DNA of 61,361 nucleotides from contig CAUEUD010000001.1 in NCBI GenBank assembly GCA_959020865.1, forward strand, positions 1 to 61,361, in the 5' to 3' direction. The translations under genes were made by a program, and so were the position numbers. The notes beneath the pieces were generated by a model. It was given only the letters and a program-made list of their open reading frames with translations. It was not told where the DNA came from and ran no database searches. Shown one piece after another: positions 21,111 to 29,972 of this stretch. This stretch comes from Eubacterium limosum. Lineage in GTDB: Bacteria > Bacillota > Clostridia > Eubacteriales > Eubacteriaceae. Each line of letters starts with the position of its first letter. The first letter of the stretch is position 1.

Positions 21111-22458
21111 TATCCTTCAGCTCCTGTACAAAGGTATCGACATAGCCGGTGTCAAAGCGGCCCTTGATAAATTCCGGCTCGTGCATCAGCACATACAAAA
21201 ATTCCACATTGTTGGGAACACCCTCAACGATCAGCTCTTCCAAAGCGATCCGCATTTTCTTAATGGCCTCCAAACGGGATTCACCGTTTGTGATGCATTT
21301 TAAAATCATGGAATCGTAATAGGGCGGAATGTCATAGCCGTTGTAGATGGCTGTGTCCACACGCACACCTCTGCCTCCCGGAAGATTCAAAAAGCTGATA
21401 TGTCCCGGTCTTGGGGCAAAATCCGCGCTCACATCCTCGGCGTTGATCCGGCATTCGATGGCGTGGCCCAGACAGCGGATATCCTCCTGCTTCAGGTTAC
21501 ACTTCTTCTTATCCGCAATGCGGATCTGCTGCTTGATCAGGTCGATGCCTGTGATCATTTCGCTGATGGTGTGCTCAACCTGTATGCGGGTGTTCATTTC
21601 CATAAAGTAATAACGCTCTGCGCCGTCCCACAGAAATTCAATGGTTCCAACGCTGTTGTAGCCCACGTGGCGGCTGGCCTTGACCGCATCGGCGGTCATG
21701 GCCTCCCGTATCTTTTCCGGAAGACAGCAGCAGGGTGCTTCCTCAACAATTTTCTGGTTACGGCGCTGAAGCGAGCAGTCCCGCTCAAAAAGATGCAGGA
21801 CATTGCCGTAATGGTCTGCCAGAAGCTGTACCTCGATATGCTTGGCGCTCTGCACGACCTTTTCGACATAGACGCCGTCGTCGCCAAAGGCTGTCCTCGC
21901 CTCTGCCCGGGCTGTGGTATAGGCGTCAATAAAATCCTCCTCGGATTCTGCGACGCGCATACCGCGTCCCCCGCCGCCGCTTCTGGCTTTAATGAGCACT
22001 GGAAACCCAATGTCCCTGGCGACCTGAAAGGCCTCGTCCAGCTCTGCCACACCTCTGGAACCGGGAATAACAGGCACTCCTGCCTCAATCATGGTCTCCT
22101 TGGCTCTTGCCTTGTTGCCCATCATCTCGATGACATCGGCGTCCGGGCCAATAAAAATAAGCCCGCATTGTTCAACCAGACGCGCAAAGGCTGGATTTTC
22201 AGAGAGAAACCCAAAGCCCGGATGGATCGCATCGCAGCCGGTGAGACAGGCGGCGCTTAAAATACGCTGCATATTCAGATAACTTTCATCAGATCTCGGA
22301 CCGCCGATGCACACCGCCTTGGTGGCGTACTGTACATGCAGCGCGTCCTTGTCTGCTGTCGAATAAATCGCCACCGTTTCGATGCCCATTTCCTTGCAGG
22401 TCCGAATAATCCGGACGGCGATCTCTCCGCGATTGGCGATTAAAATACGTTCAATCAT
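21094..22458 (-). CDS. accC: Biotin carboxylase
   Basis: ILIANRGEIA, HPGFGFLSEN, ERDCSLQRRNQK, EMNTRIQVEH. Confidence 0.96.
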   Translation of the reverse strand: MIERILIANRGEIAVRIIRTCKEMGIETVAIYSTADKDALHVQYATKAVCIGGPRSDESYLNMQRILSAACLTGCDAIHPGFGFLSENPAFARLVEQCGLIFIGPDADVIEMMGNKARAKETMIEAGVPVIPGSRGVAELDEAFQVARDIGFPVLIKARSGGGGRGMRVAESEEDFIDAYTTARAEARTAFGDDGVYVEKVVQSAKHIEVQLLADHYGNVLHLFERDCSLQRRNQKIVEEAPCCCLPEKIREAMTADAVKASRHVGYNSVGTIEFLWDGAERYYFMEMNTRIQVEHTISEMITGIDLIKQQIRIADKKKCNLKQEDIRCLGHAIECRINAEDVSADFAPRPGHISFLNLPGGRGVRVDTAIYNGYDIPPYYDSMILKCITNGESRLEAIKKMRIALEELIVEGVPNNVEFLYVLMHEPEFIKGRFDTGYVDTFVQELKDNGTIV

Positions 22459-22904
22459 TGGGCCTCTCCAATACAAATGATTTTTTCATCATATTCCACC
22501 ATGGTTTCATTTTCGACATTGATGGCTGTAATGACGCCGTCGCGGTCGCTGCGGATTTCATTCATCATCTTCATGGCCTCAATAATGCACAGAAGGTCTC
22601 CCTTCCTGACGGTATCCCCTGCCTTTACCAGCGGTTCGCCGTCTTTGATGTTGGAACGGTAAAAGGTACCCACCAGAGGCGATTTCACCCAATGGCCCTT
22701 GGCTTCCTCGCAGACTTCAGCCGCACTGGCATCCGGCACTGCCTCTGGAACCATTGTCTGTTTAACAGCCGGCACAGCGGCCACGACGGCGCTCTCTGTT
22801 CCTTTTTCTAATTTTATGGTAACGTCCCCGCTCTGCAGCTCCATTTTTGAAAGGGCGGAACTGTCAAAGATCTGGACTATTTTTTCAAGTTCGTTAATGT
22901 TCAT
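22455..22904 (-). CDS. accB: Biotin carboxyl carrier protein
   Basis: SPLVGTFY, EAMKMMNEI biotinylation site. Confidence 0.95.
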   Translation of the reverse strand: MNINELEKIVQIFDSSALSKMELQSGDVTIKLEKGTESAVVAAVPAVKQTMVPEAVPDASAAEVCEEAKGHWVKSPLVGTFYRSNIKDGEPLVKAGDTVRKGDLLCIIEAMKMMNEIRSDRDGVITAINVENETMVEYDEKIICIGEAQ

Positions 22905-22949
22905 CCGTTTACCTGCCTGTGAGTGCCGGGGAGCTTGCTCCCCAGCCCC

Positions 22950-23171
22950 TTATTTATTTTCAACGATATTCAGAATATCCTGAACCGTTTTTAAATTTGC
23001 CAATGCGTCGTCTTCGATACGGATATCAAATGCGTTTTCAAGTTCCATGGCCAGTTCAACGGCAGATAAAGAGTCAATGCCGAGGTCTTCCTGCAATTTT
23101 GCTTCAGGTACAATTAAGTCCTCATCTACATTGATCGCTTCTACAATAATTTCTTTAACCTGTTCTAACAC
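22950..23171 (-). CDS. acpP: Acyl carrier protein
   Basis: LGIDSL phosphopantetheine motif, acidic 73 aa; TTG start after AAGGAGG. Confidence 0.95.
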   Translation of the reverse strand: MLEQVKEIIVEAINVDEDLIVPEAKLQEDLGIDSLSAVELAMELENAFDIRIEDDALANLKTVQDILNIVENK

Positions 23172-23323
23172 AATTACGTCCTCCTTAAAATTACTTACAG
23201 GTTAAAAGTATATCCGAAATGTTTTCAATTGTAAATAGTTTTATATTAAAATATTTTGAGGTTACGATTTCATTCTTGTTTCTTAAATACTTTTAAGATA
23301 AAACAATACCGCGCCCCCCTTTT

Positions 23324-24814
23324 TCAGCTCAGCGACACCACCTTTGTCGCCACATTTTCCATAAACATCCGGTCATGCTCCACAAAGAGCATGGTCGGCT
23401 CATACTGACAGATCAAATGCTCGATCTGAATTCGGGACAGCACATCAATAAAGTTCAGCGGCTCGTCCCAGATATAGAGATGAGCCGGTTTGCACAGGCT
23501 TGCTGCCAGCAGCACCTTCTTTTTCTGACCGCTGCTGTAATCCTCAAGGCGTTTGTCAAACTGCTCTCTTGAAAAACCCAGCTTTCTGAGGACCGCCTTG
23601 AGCAGGCTCTCGTCAAGGCTGTTTTCACGAATATAATTTCTCAGGCTCCCGGCCAGAAAGGAGGTGTCCTGGGAAACGTAAGAGTATTCAAGATTTGTTC
23701 CAATGATGAGATCTCCGCTGTGGCAGATTTTCTCACCCAAAACCGCTTTCAGGATACTGGATTTTCCACATCCGTTTTTACCGCTGAGGGCCACCCGGTC
23801 GCCACGGTTCACCTCAAAGCTGACATCCTCAAAAACCGCTGTGCCATCGTAGGTGATGGACAGCCCTCTGGCTTCGATCAGCCTGTTTTTAGGATAGCTC
23901 AGATTTTTGATGGCAAGTTCATCGGCCTGGTCAATGTTTTTCAGCAGCTTTGACTTTTCCTCAATGGCTTTTTCCTTTCTCGCCTCTGTAACCTTTGAGC
24001 GCTTCATCATTTTTGCGGCCTTATGCCCCACGTAGCCACGGTCTGGCTTCAGACCTGCCACGAGCTTTCGGCTCGCGCCTTTCTTTGTTTTCTCCACAGC
24101 GTCCGTCCATCCGGCGGTCCGTCTGGCTGCTGTGGTCATTTTCGCAATTTCTTTTTTCAGCTTTTCATTTTCTCCCAGCTCGTACTGGTCCTGTCGCTCT
24201 TTATTCTGCACCCATGATGTGTAATTTCCCCGCTGCACCTCAATATCTGTATTGTTAATGGACAGAATATGGTCCACGCACTGGTCCAGAAAATAGCGGT
24301 CATGGGAGACCAGAATAAACCCACGCTTGGTGTTCAGGTACTGTCCCACCAGCTCTCTTGACGCCATATCCAGATGATTGGTGGGCTCATCAATGAGCAG
24401 GAACTGGTTTTCTCTCAGAAAGAGAACCGCCAGCAGCACCTTGGTCTGTTCTCCATCGCTTAAAGTGTCAAAGGGCCGGTACAGGACATCGTAGTCAACC
24501 TCCAGCATGGAGAGCTCTCTCTGGAGCTCCCAGAACGCGTAATTTCCGCTCAGTGAATCCACCACATCGATGGTATTCCACTCTCTCTGCTCAACCTTAA
24601 AGGGAAAATAAGAAAAATCAACCGACGCGGCAATGGTACCGCTGTATTCATACTGGCCCATCAAAAGCTTTAAAAAAGTAGTCTTCCCTTTACCGTTGCG
24701 CCCGGTAAAGCCCAGCTTCCAGTTGGTGTCAAGCTGAAAGGACACTTTTTCAAAAATCGTATCGTAGCTTCCGTCGTAGCCAAAAGTCAGATTTGATACA
24801 TTTATTAAAGACAT
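23324..24814 (-). CDS. lsa: Lsa-family ABC-F ribosomal protection protein (lincosamide/streptogramin A/pleuromutilin)
   Basis: MSLINVSNLTF.YDGSYD.IFE.VSFQ.DT.WKLG start; two NBDs without TMs; linker D.GYVGHKAAKMMKRSK typical of Lsa; AGGAGG RBS at 24821-24826. Confidence 0.88.
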   Translation of the reverse strand: MSLINVSNLTFGYDGSYDTIFEKVSFQLDTNWKLGFTGRNGKGKTTFLKLLMGQYEYSGTIAASVDFSYFPFKVEQREWNTIDVVDSLSGNYAFWELQRELSMLEVDYDVLYRPFDTLSDGEQTKVLLAVLFLRENQFLLIDEPTNHLDMASRELVGQYLNTKRGFILVSHDRYFLDQCVDHILSINNTDIEVQRGNYTSWVQNKERQDQYELGENEKLKKEIAKMTTAARRTAGWTDAVEKTKKGASRKLVAGLKPDRGYVGHKAAKMMKRSKVTEARKEKAIEEKSKLLKNIDQADELAIKNLSYPKNRLIEARGLSITYDGTAVFEDVSFEVNRGDRVALSGKNGCGKSSILKAVLGEKICHSGDLIIGTNLEYSYVSQDTSFLAGSLRNYIRENSLDESLLKAVLRKLGFSREQFDKRLEDYSSGQKKKVLLAASLCKPAHLYIWDEPLNFIDVLSRIQIEHLICQYEPTMLFVEHDRMFMENVATKVVSLS

Positions 24815-24833
24815 ACTTAACCTCCTGATAAAA

Positions 24834-24918
24834 AGGATCACATGCTGCCGTGAAAGCCTTTCTCTGCAGCATGCGTTCGTTTCGTTACCGCTCATCCGCC
24901 AACGCTTCTTACTCGCCG
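24834..24918. repeat. Intergenic structured repeat, family 3 copy 2
   Basis: AGGATCACATGCTGC...GCAGCATGCGTTCGTTTCGTTACCG similar to 5152-5255. Confidence 0.5.
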
Positions 24919-24938
24919 GCAAATTTGGACGAAACGTC

Positions 24939-24973
24939 AAAAAACCGCAAGAAAGCATAACCTTCTTGCGGTT
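24939..24973 (-). terminator. Attenuator terminator in lsa leader
   Basis: AACCGCAAGAA-ggttatgct-TTCTTGCGGTTTTTT on minus strand. Confidence 0.85.
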
Positions 24974-25142
24974 CAAAAAATGCGCAGATGTCGTCAGGAA
25001 AGTATCCTGACATACCGAGACGGGCAGAATTTGTCTGTCTCCTCTGTCTATATTTTATGAGCGATCAGATCGTTATCTTTCTTGCTGAAGCACACCAAAA
25101 AGACCCGGCAAAGCGGACTGGTACACTTCCATATTAAAATAC

Positions 25143-25163
25143 TCAGCAAGAAAAATTGCGCAT
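25143..25163 (-). CDS. Putative lsa leader peptide (MRNFSC)
   Basis: AGGAG RBS 8 nt upstream of ATG CGC AAT TTT TCT TGC TGA; overlaps a sequence complementary to the antiterminator. Confidence 0.6.
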   Translation of the reverse strand: MRNFSC

Positions 25164-25199
25164 CTTCACATCTCCTGTTCTCTTTTAGATTTCGAAGTC

Positions 25200-25228
25200 A
25201 TTATAACAGCATTTCGGGCTGCTGTCAA
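25200..25228 (-). promoter_or_regulatory. Consensus sigma-A promoter of lsa leader
   Basis: TTGACA-17 bp-TATAAT with TG extended -10. Confidence 0.85.
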
Positions 25229-25237
25229 CACGGTCTG

Positions 25238-26044
25238 TCAAATGCCAATAAGCCTTTCGGCGTTTTCGTGAAAAATCTGCTCCCTTTCATCCCGGGTCAG
25301 ACCCACTGCCTCAAAAAATGCCAGATCTTTGGCCGCGTCTCCCCAGGGGTTATCAGTGGCAAAGATAAACCGTTCGGCGCCGTAGATGTCGATCAGACGT
25401 CTGTAGGCTTCAGGGGCAAAGGTATAGGAGGCAATGGCCGTATCAAAGGTTACGTTGGGGGTATCCAGATAAATATCCTGCGGCGGATTGCCAAAGTACA
25501 GACCGCCGGTGTGGGCAGCGATAATGGTCAGCTCTGGAAATTCCCGGGCCATTTCCACCACGGCCTCTGGCGTGGCATGGATGCAGCCGGGTGAGATGGG
25601 GTCATATCCGGTATGAAAGACAACCGGCAGCTTTCGGTCACTGATGGCCTGGTACATCGGGTACAGCCGCTTTTCATTGATGAAAAATCCCTGGTAATCG
25701 GGGTGGAGCTTTATGCCGTGAAATCCCATTTCCACAATGCGGCTAAGCTCTTCAATATAGTCCGGCGCGTCGGGATGGATGGTGCCAAAGCTGATAAACG
25801 CATCGCTGTGATTCTGGACATAGGCCGCAAAATCGTTGACGCTTTTCTGCTGGTGCGGGTTGGTAGCGATGGGCAGCATGACGCCCAGATCAACGCCCCA
25901 TTCCTTCATATTTTTTTCTGCACAGCCCAGGCTCCCGTCGCCATAATAGGTCAGATGGTGGTTGGGGTCGGTCTTTGCCAGCTTTTCAATGGTTTTCGGG
26001 CAAAGTTTGTCCGGAAACAGATGGACATGTGTATCTATTAACAT
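25238..26044 (-). CDS. Amidohydrolase_2 family metal-dependent hydrolase
   Basis: IDTHVH, GIKLHPDYQ, FHTG, AAHTGG, FATDNPW. Confidence 0.88.
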   Translation of the reverse strand: MLIDTHVHLFPDKLCPKTIEKLAKTDPNHHLTYYGDGSLGCAEKNMKEWGVDLGVMLPIATNPHQQKSVNDFAAYVQNHSDAFISFGTIHPDAPDYIEELSRIVEMGFHGIKLHPDYQGFFINEKRLYPMYQAISDRKLPVVFHTGYDPISPGCIHATPEAVVEMAREFPELTIIAAHTGGLYFGNPPQDIYLDTPNVTFDTAIASYTFAPEAYRRLIDIYGAERFIFATDNPWGDAAKDLAFFEAVGLTRDEREQIFHENAERLIGI

Positions 26045-26195
26045 AACTTTCACCTCTGCTAATCTTTTCTACCTATTATAACCTTGATTTTTCCTTGCTG
26101 CAATCCCAATATTTTTAACAGTTTTTCAATTCTCCTTGACCCGCACACTTTTAGCGTTTAAAATGAGACTATAACAAAGTGAAGGAGTGAATCTT

Positions 26196-27416
26196 ATGAA
26201 CCTGATGACGATTCCGTACCGGACATCGCATATTATGATGAAAGGTGTATTAAATGTACTCAAGCTCCCCATTCCGCCAAGCCTGGTAGGCCCTGGAATG
26301 GTCAAACGTTTCCCGGAAATTATTTCGCTCTGTGATGTACACAAAGCGCTCGTTATTACTGATAAACCTTTAATGGAGATGGGACTGCTCGACGGATTCC
26401 TTGAGGCCCTGAAAAAAGCAGGCATCGACTACTCTGTCTTTGACGGCGTTCAGCCCAACCCGACCTTCGAAAATATTTATGACGGGCTAGAAGCCTACTA
26501 CACCGAGGGCTGTGACGGTGTCATTGCCTTTGGCGGCGGCTCCTCCATGGACTGCGCTAAAATCGTGGCTGCCAAGGTCACCAACGACAAGCCGATTCCA
26601 AAAATGAAAGGCCTGTTCAAGCTGACACACCGCCTCCCGCCGTTCTTTGCCATTCCTACCACGGCAGGCACCGGCTCTGAGGCCACTGTCTGTGCGGTTA
26701 TTACCGATACCTCAAATCACGAAAAATTTGCCATCAATGATCCCAAGCTCGTGCCGCTGGCAACCGTGCTGGACCCTGAGCTCATGGTCGGCCTGCCGCC
26801 GGCTCTCACTGCCAGCACCGGCATGGATGCGCTTACCCATGCGGTCGAAGCTTATATCGGCCACTATGACGCGCCTTTTGTCAAGGAAAAAGCGCTCGCC
26901 GCTACCGAGGTCATTATGCGTGATCTGGAAGCCGTTTACAAAGACGGCTCTAACCTGAAGCTTCGCCAGAATATGTCTGTCGCCTCCTTTGACGCAGGCC
27001 TTGCCTTTACCCGGGCCTATGTGGGCTATGTCCACGCCATCGCCCACAATTTAGGCGGCTTTTACGGTGTGGCCCACGGCTTTGCCAACGCGGTTATCCT
27101 GCCGCACATTCTGGAGTTTTCCAGAGAGGCCGCCCAGAAAAAGCTTTCTGAGCTCGCCCTGTGCGCCGGCCTTGGCGAACCCTGGGACAGCGAGGAAATT
27201 CTGTCCTATCGCTTTATCGACCGGATTAAGGAAATGAACGCCAATATGGGGATTCCGGAAACCATTGATGCGCTGCGCATCGAGGATATTCCTGAGCTGG
27301 CCAGGCGTGTGCTCAAGGAAGCCAACCCAACCTACCCAGTCCCCAAAATCATGGATTATGACGAATGTGTCGCCATGCTTGAAGAGCTGGTGACGCCGGA
27401 GAAGGTTGAGGATTGA
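26196..27416 (+). CDS. Iron-containing alcohol dehydrogenase
   Basis: GGGSSMDCAK, PTTAGTGSE, GMDALTHAVEAY, HAIAH..GG.YGVAHG. Confidence 0.92.
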   Translation: MNLMTIPYRTSHIMMKGVLNVLKLPIPPSLVGPGMVKRFPEIISLCDVHKALVITDKPLMEMGLLDGFLEALKKAGIDYSVFDGVQPNPTFENIYDGLEAYYTEGCDGVIAFGGGSSMDCAKIVAAKVTNDKPIPKMKGLFKLTHRLPPFFAIPTTAGTGSEATVCAVITDTSNHEKFAINDPKLVPLATVLDPELMVGLPPALTASTGMDALTHAVEAYIGHYDAPFVKEKALAATEVIMRDLEAVYKDGSNLKLRQNMSVASFDAGLAFTRAYVGYVHAIAHNLGGFYGVAHGFANAVILPHILEFSREAAQKKLSELALCAGLGEPWDSEEILSYRFIDRIKEMNANMGIPETIDALRIEDIPELARRVLKEANPTYPVPKIMDYDECVAMLEELVTPEKVED

Positions 27417-27461
27417 GGCGGTTATTGATGATGAAGTGGTAAGGCGGACAAAAAACGGCTT

Positions 27462-27603
27462 ATTGAAATGGAAAATGGAAAATGATGGTTCAAATCTGCC
27501 AAAGGCGGATTTGATTGGACGCGGCCTATGGCCGCCTTTCAATCGCTTTTGCCGGGGTAAAAGGGTTCCTGAATTTTCCATTTTACATTTTCAATTTTCC
27601 ATT
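27462..27603 (+). repeat. Heptamer-armed cloverleaf element, copy B
   Basis: AATGGAA arms; CAAATCTGCC/GGCGGATTTG; GCGGCC-tat-GGCCGC; AATCGCTTTTGCC...AAAAGGGTTCC; TTCCATT arms. Confidence 0.88.
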
Positions 27604-27674
27604 ATTTACGAGTCTCTTTTTACCCCTTTGCCTCTTTTTAACAAATTTAATCCACCCCCAAAAGGAGGCGCGGC

Positions 27675-28829
27675 ATGGCTAAGATCAAAGCGTTTTTCAG
27701 AGACACCGATGGTTTTTATCTTCTGTTGATAGCAGCCTGTTCACTGCTGTCGGCCACGCTGCTCCTTTCGTGGTGCAACAGCGTCTCCCCTGCCCCTGCT
27801 CCCGGCTTCTGGGAATTTCTTGTAAAATATCGTGTAGCCCTGATCCAGCTGCTGGCTGTGTCGGCCGGCCTTGCCTGCGCCCTGATCATAAGCCGTATGG
27901 ACTACCACCGGATGACGCCGCTCTGGATTACCTACACAGCGGTGATCTGGCTGCTGGTGCTTCTGACTTTTCTGCGTGCCGGCCCTTTTGGTATAAGCCC
28001 CGGCGATACCGGCGCTTACTGCTGGATACGCCTGCCCTTTGGCCTGGCCCTCCAGCCCACCGAGCTGGCAAAATCAAGCTTTATCCTGACTTTTTCTCTC
28101 CATCTGTACGCAGTGCGCCATACCGATGCTCCCCTGGCAGTCGCTGGCCTGATCGCCCATCTGCTGACACCGGTTTTCCTGATCCATCTTCAGGGTGACG
28201 ACGGCACCGCGCTGGTCTTCTTTGTCACGGGGCTGGCCATGTTTTTGTCAGTTAAGCACAAGCTGCGCTATTTTATTGGCACTGCGGCTGCGGCACTGAC
28301 AGCTGCGCCGATCGTCTGGCACCTGATGGCCGGCTACCAGAGGGCACGTATACTGGCAGTTTTTGCTCCCGGAAGGCTGGACAGCCTGACTCTGGAGTCC
28401 ATTCTATACCAGCAAAACCAGGGACTGGCCGCCATTAAGGCAGGCGGCCTCTTTGGTCTGGGCCTTTTTAAATCCGATACGACCTACATTCCCGCCGCTA
28501 ATAATGATTTTATCTTTTCCCATCTGGCTGAGGTCATGGGCCTTGCGGGCTGTGGGATTCTGATTTTACTGCTGACCGCCATTCTGTACAAAACCCTGTC
28601 CATCGGCATAAGAAGCCATGACTTCAGGGGACGTACCATCGCCATTGGCGTTTTTACCCTTTTTCTTGCCGAAGCGGTGATCAATATCGGCATGAACCTC
28701 GAGCTGATGCCGGTTATCGGGCTGCCTCTCCCATTCTTCAGCAGCGGCGGCTCCTCACTGATGGGCGCTTTTCTCTGTGCCGGCTTTATTCTGAGCGTAA
28801 AAAGAAACAGCTTCTCTGAAAAACTCTGA
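27675..28829 (+). CDS. FtsW/RodA/SpoVE family SEDS protein
   Basis: LQPTELAK, QGDDGTAL, YQ..RI, DFIFS..AE..G, GLPLPFFSSGGSS. Confidence 0.88.
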   Translation: MAKIKAFFRDTDGFYLLLIAACSLLSATLLLSWCNSVSPAPAPGFWEFLVKYRVALIQLLAVSAGLACALIISRMDYHRMTPLWITYTAVIWLLVLLTFLRAGPFGISPGDTGAYCWIRLPFGLALQPTELAKSSFILTFSLHLYAVRHTDAPLAVAGLIAHLLTPVFLIHLQGDDGTALVFFVTGLAMFLSVKHKLRYFIGTAAAALTAAPIVWHLMAGYQRARILAVFAPGRLDSLTLESILYQQNQGLAAIKAGGLFGLGLFKSDTTYIPAANNDFIFSHLAEVMGLAGCGILILLLTAILYKTLSIGIRSHDFRGRTIAIGVFTLFLAEAVINIGMNLELMPVIGLPLPFFSSGGSSLMGAFLCAGFILSVKRNSFSEKL

Positions 28830-28844
28830 GAAGCTGCTTCTTTT

Positions 28845-29972
28845 TTATTGTAAACATTCAAGGTAGTAAAGGACTGTCTTGTCGGGCATCGCTGTCTTTA
28901 ACGCTGCATAGGCATAGGGCTCAAAGACGACAATCTGCTCTGCGCCGGCTTTTTCAATATCTGTGAGGGCATCTTTCTGAATAAGCTCTGCCATCTCCGC
29001 GTCAAAACCGATCAGGTGATATTCTGCGCCGAGGGGTTTCTGCCAGATGTTTAAAACATTGACGCGCTTATCGGCCTTCAGCAATGGTAAAAATTCCATA
29101 CTGGTGGCGATCGGTGTCTCGTCGCTGTTGATGGCAAGCGCATTGAGGGTCTGGCCGTTTCTCAGGAAACGGCAGTTAAAGCTGCCGCCGTAAAAGTAAG
29201 AGGGCGCCTCGATTTTAAGCAGCTTCAGCTCATCGGGAAGGTAAACCACCTCAAAGGGTATGCTGATCCCCAGCTTTTCTGCAAACTGTGTCAGCAGATA
29301 GGTGGTCTGGCCCGAAAGGGTATACACGACTTCTATCCCCTTTTCCTGGAGCCCGCCGATCAGGCTTTCCAGATATTTAATCCCCTCGTCCACCATACCG
29401 TAGGCAAAGTATTCCCAGCCTGCAAAAACCGGTGCGGTCTCTGGCTCAAAGGCAATGCCGCGCGCCTTAAACCACTGGCCAAGCGCGGACGCACTGTCAG
29501 CGGCGAGGGCGGCTGTGGCGTCGTCCAGAAAGAGAAAATTATCGCTGCCCTCTAGCACCGGGACAGCCGCCTGCCACTGTCTGAGTGCCTCTGCGTCGGT
29601 TTTCAGGATATGTCCGCCGCCTGCCTTCAGGGTATCTTTAAGCGACTCAGCGATTTGGGTGCCAAAACCTTTTTTTAACATCAGCTCACGGCAGAGGATC
29701 ATGACGTCTGTCAAATCCTCAGGGTTTTCGCCAAAGTTCTGCCAGCGCTCGCCCTGGCGCGACAGAATACTCTGGAATACCAGCTCTGCAATGTAGTCAT
29801 TGGGGGGCATTTCGTCTTTGAAAACCGCCCGTGCCAGCTGAAGCCTGCGGGAGGGATAGTCATGAAGCATATGGCTCGCCCGGAATTCCGGACAATAGCA
29901 CACAGCCTGGTCCATATGGATCACCTGGTGGTTCAGCTTGTCTTCGTAATGTTCTAATGTAAATTCTCTCAT
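28845..29972 (-). CDS. Hypothetical protein, possibly a degenerate GlcF/GlpC-like Fe-S partner subunit
   Basis: 375 aa ORF coupled (ATGA overlap) to the FAD oxidoreductase; residual CYCP...PSRR motif; family assignment weak. Confidence 0.55.
   Translation of the reverse strand: MREFTLEHYEDKLNHQVIHMDQAVCYCPEFRASHMLHDYPSRRLQLARAVFKDEMPPNDYIAELVFQSILSRQGERWQNFGENPEDLTDVMILCRELMLKKGFGTQIAESLKDTLKAGGGHILKTDAEALRQWQAAVPVLEGSDNFLFLDDATAALAADSASALGQWFKARGIAFEPETAPVFAGWEYFAYGMVDEGIKYLESLIGGLQEKGIEVVYTLSGQTTYLLTQFAEKLGISIPFEVVYLPDELKLLKIEAPSYFYGGSFNCRFLRNGQTLNALAINSDETPIATSMEFLPLLKADKRVNVLNIWQKPLGAEYHLIGFDAEMAELIQKDALTDIEKAGAEQIVVFEPYAYAALKTAMPDKTVLYYLECLQ

Noticed and set aside
24815..24976. N-terminal extension of the Lsa ORF
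   Set aside because: Homology and the AGGAGG RBS place the start at 24814; the extension spans the attenuator and a repeat.
27462..27603. tRNA genes (cloverleaf folds of the repeats)
   Set aside because: No TTCGA T-loop, D-loop GG, 7-nt anticodon loop or CCA end; loops are 3-5 nt and variable.
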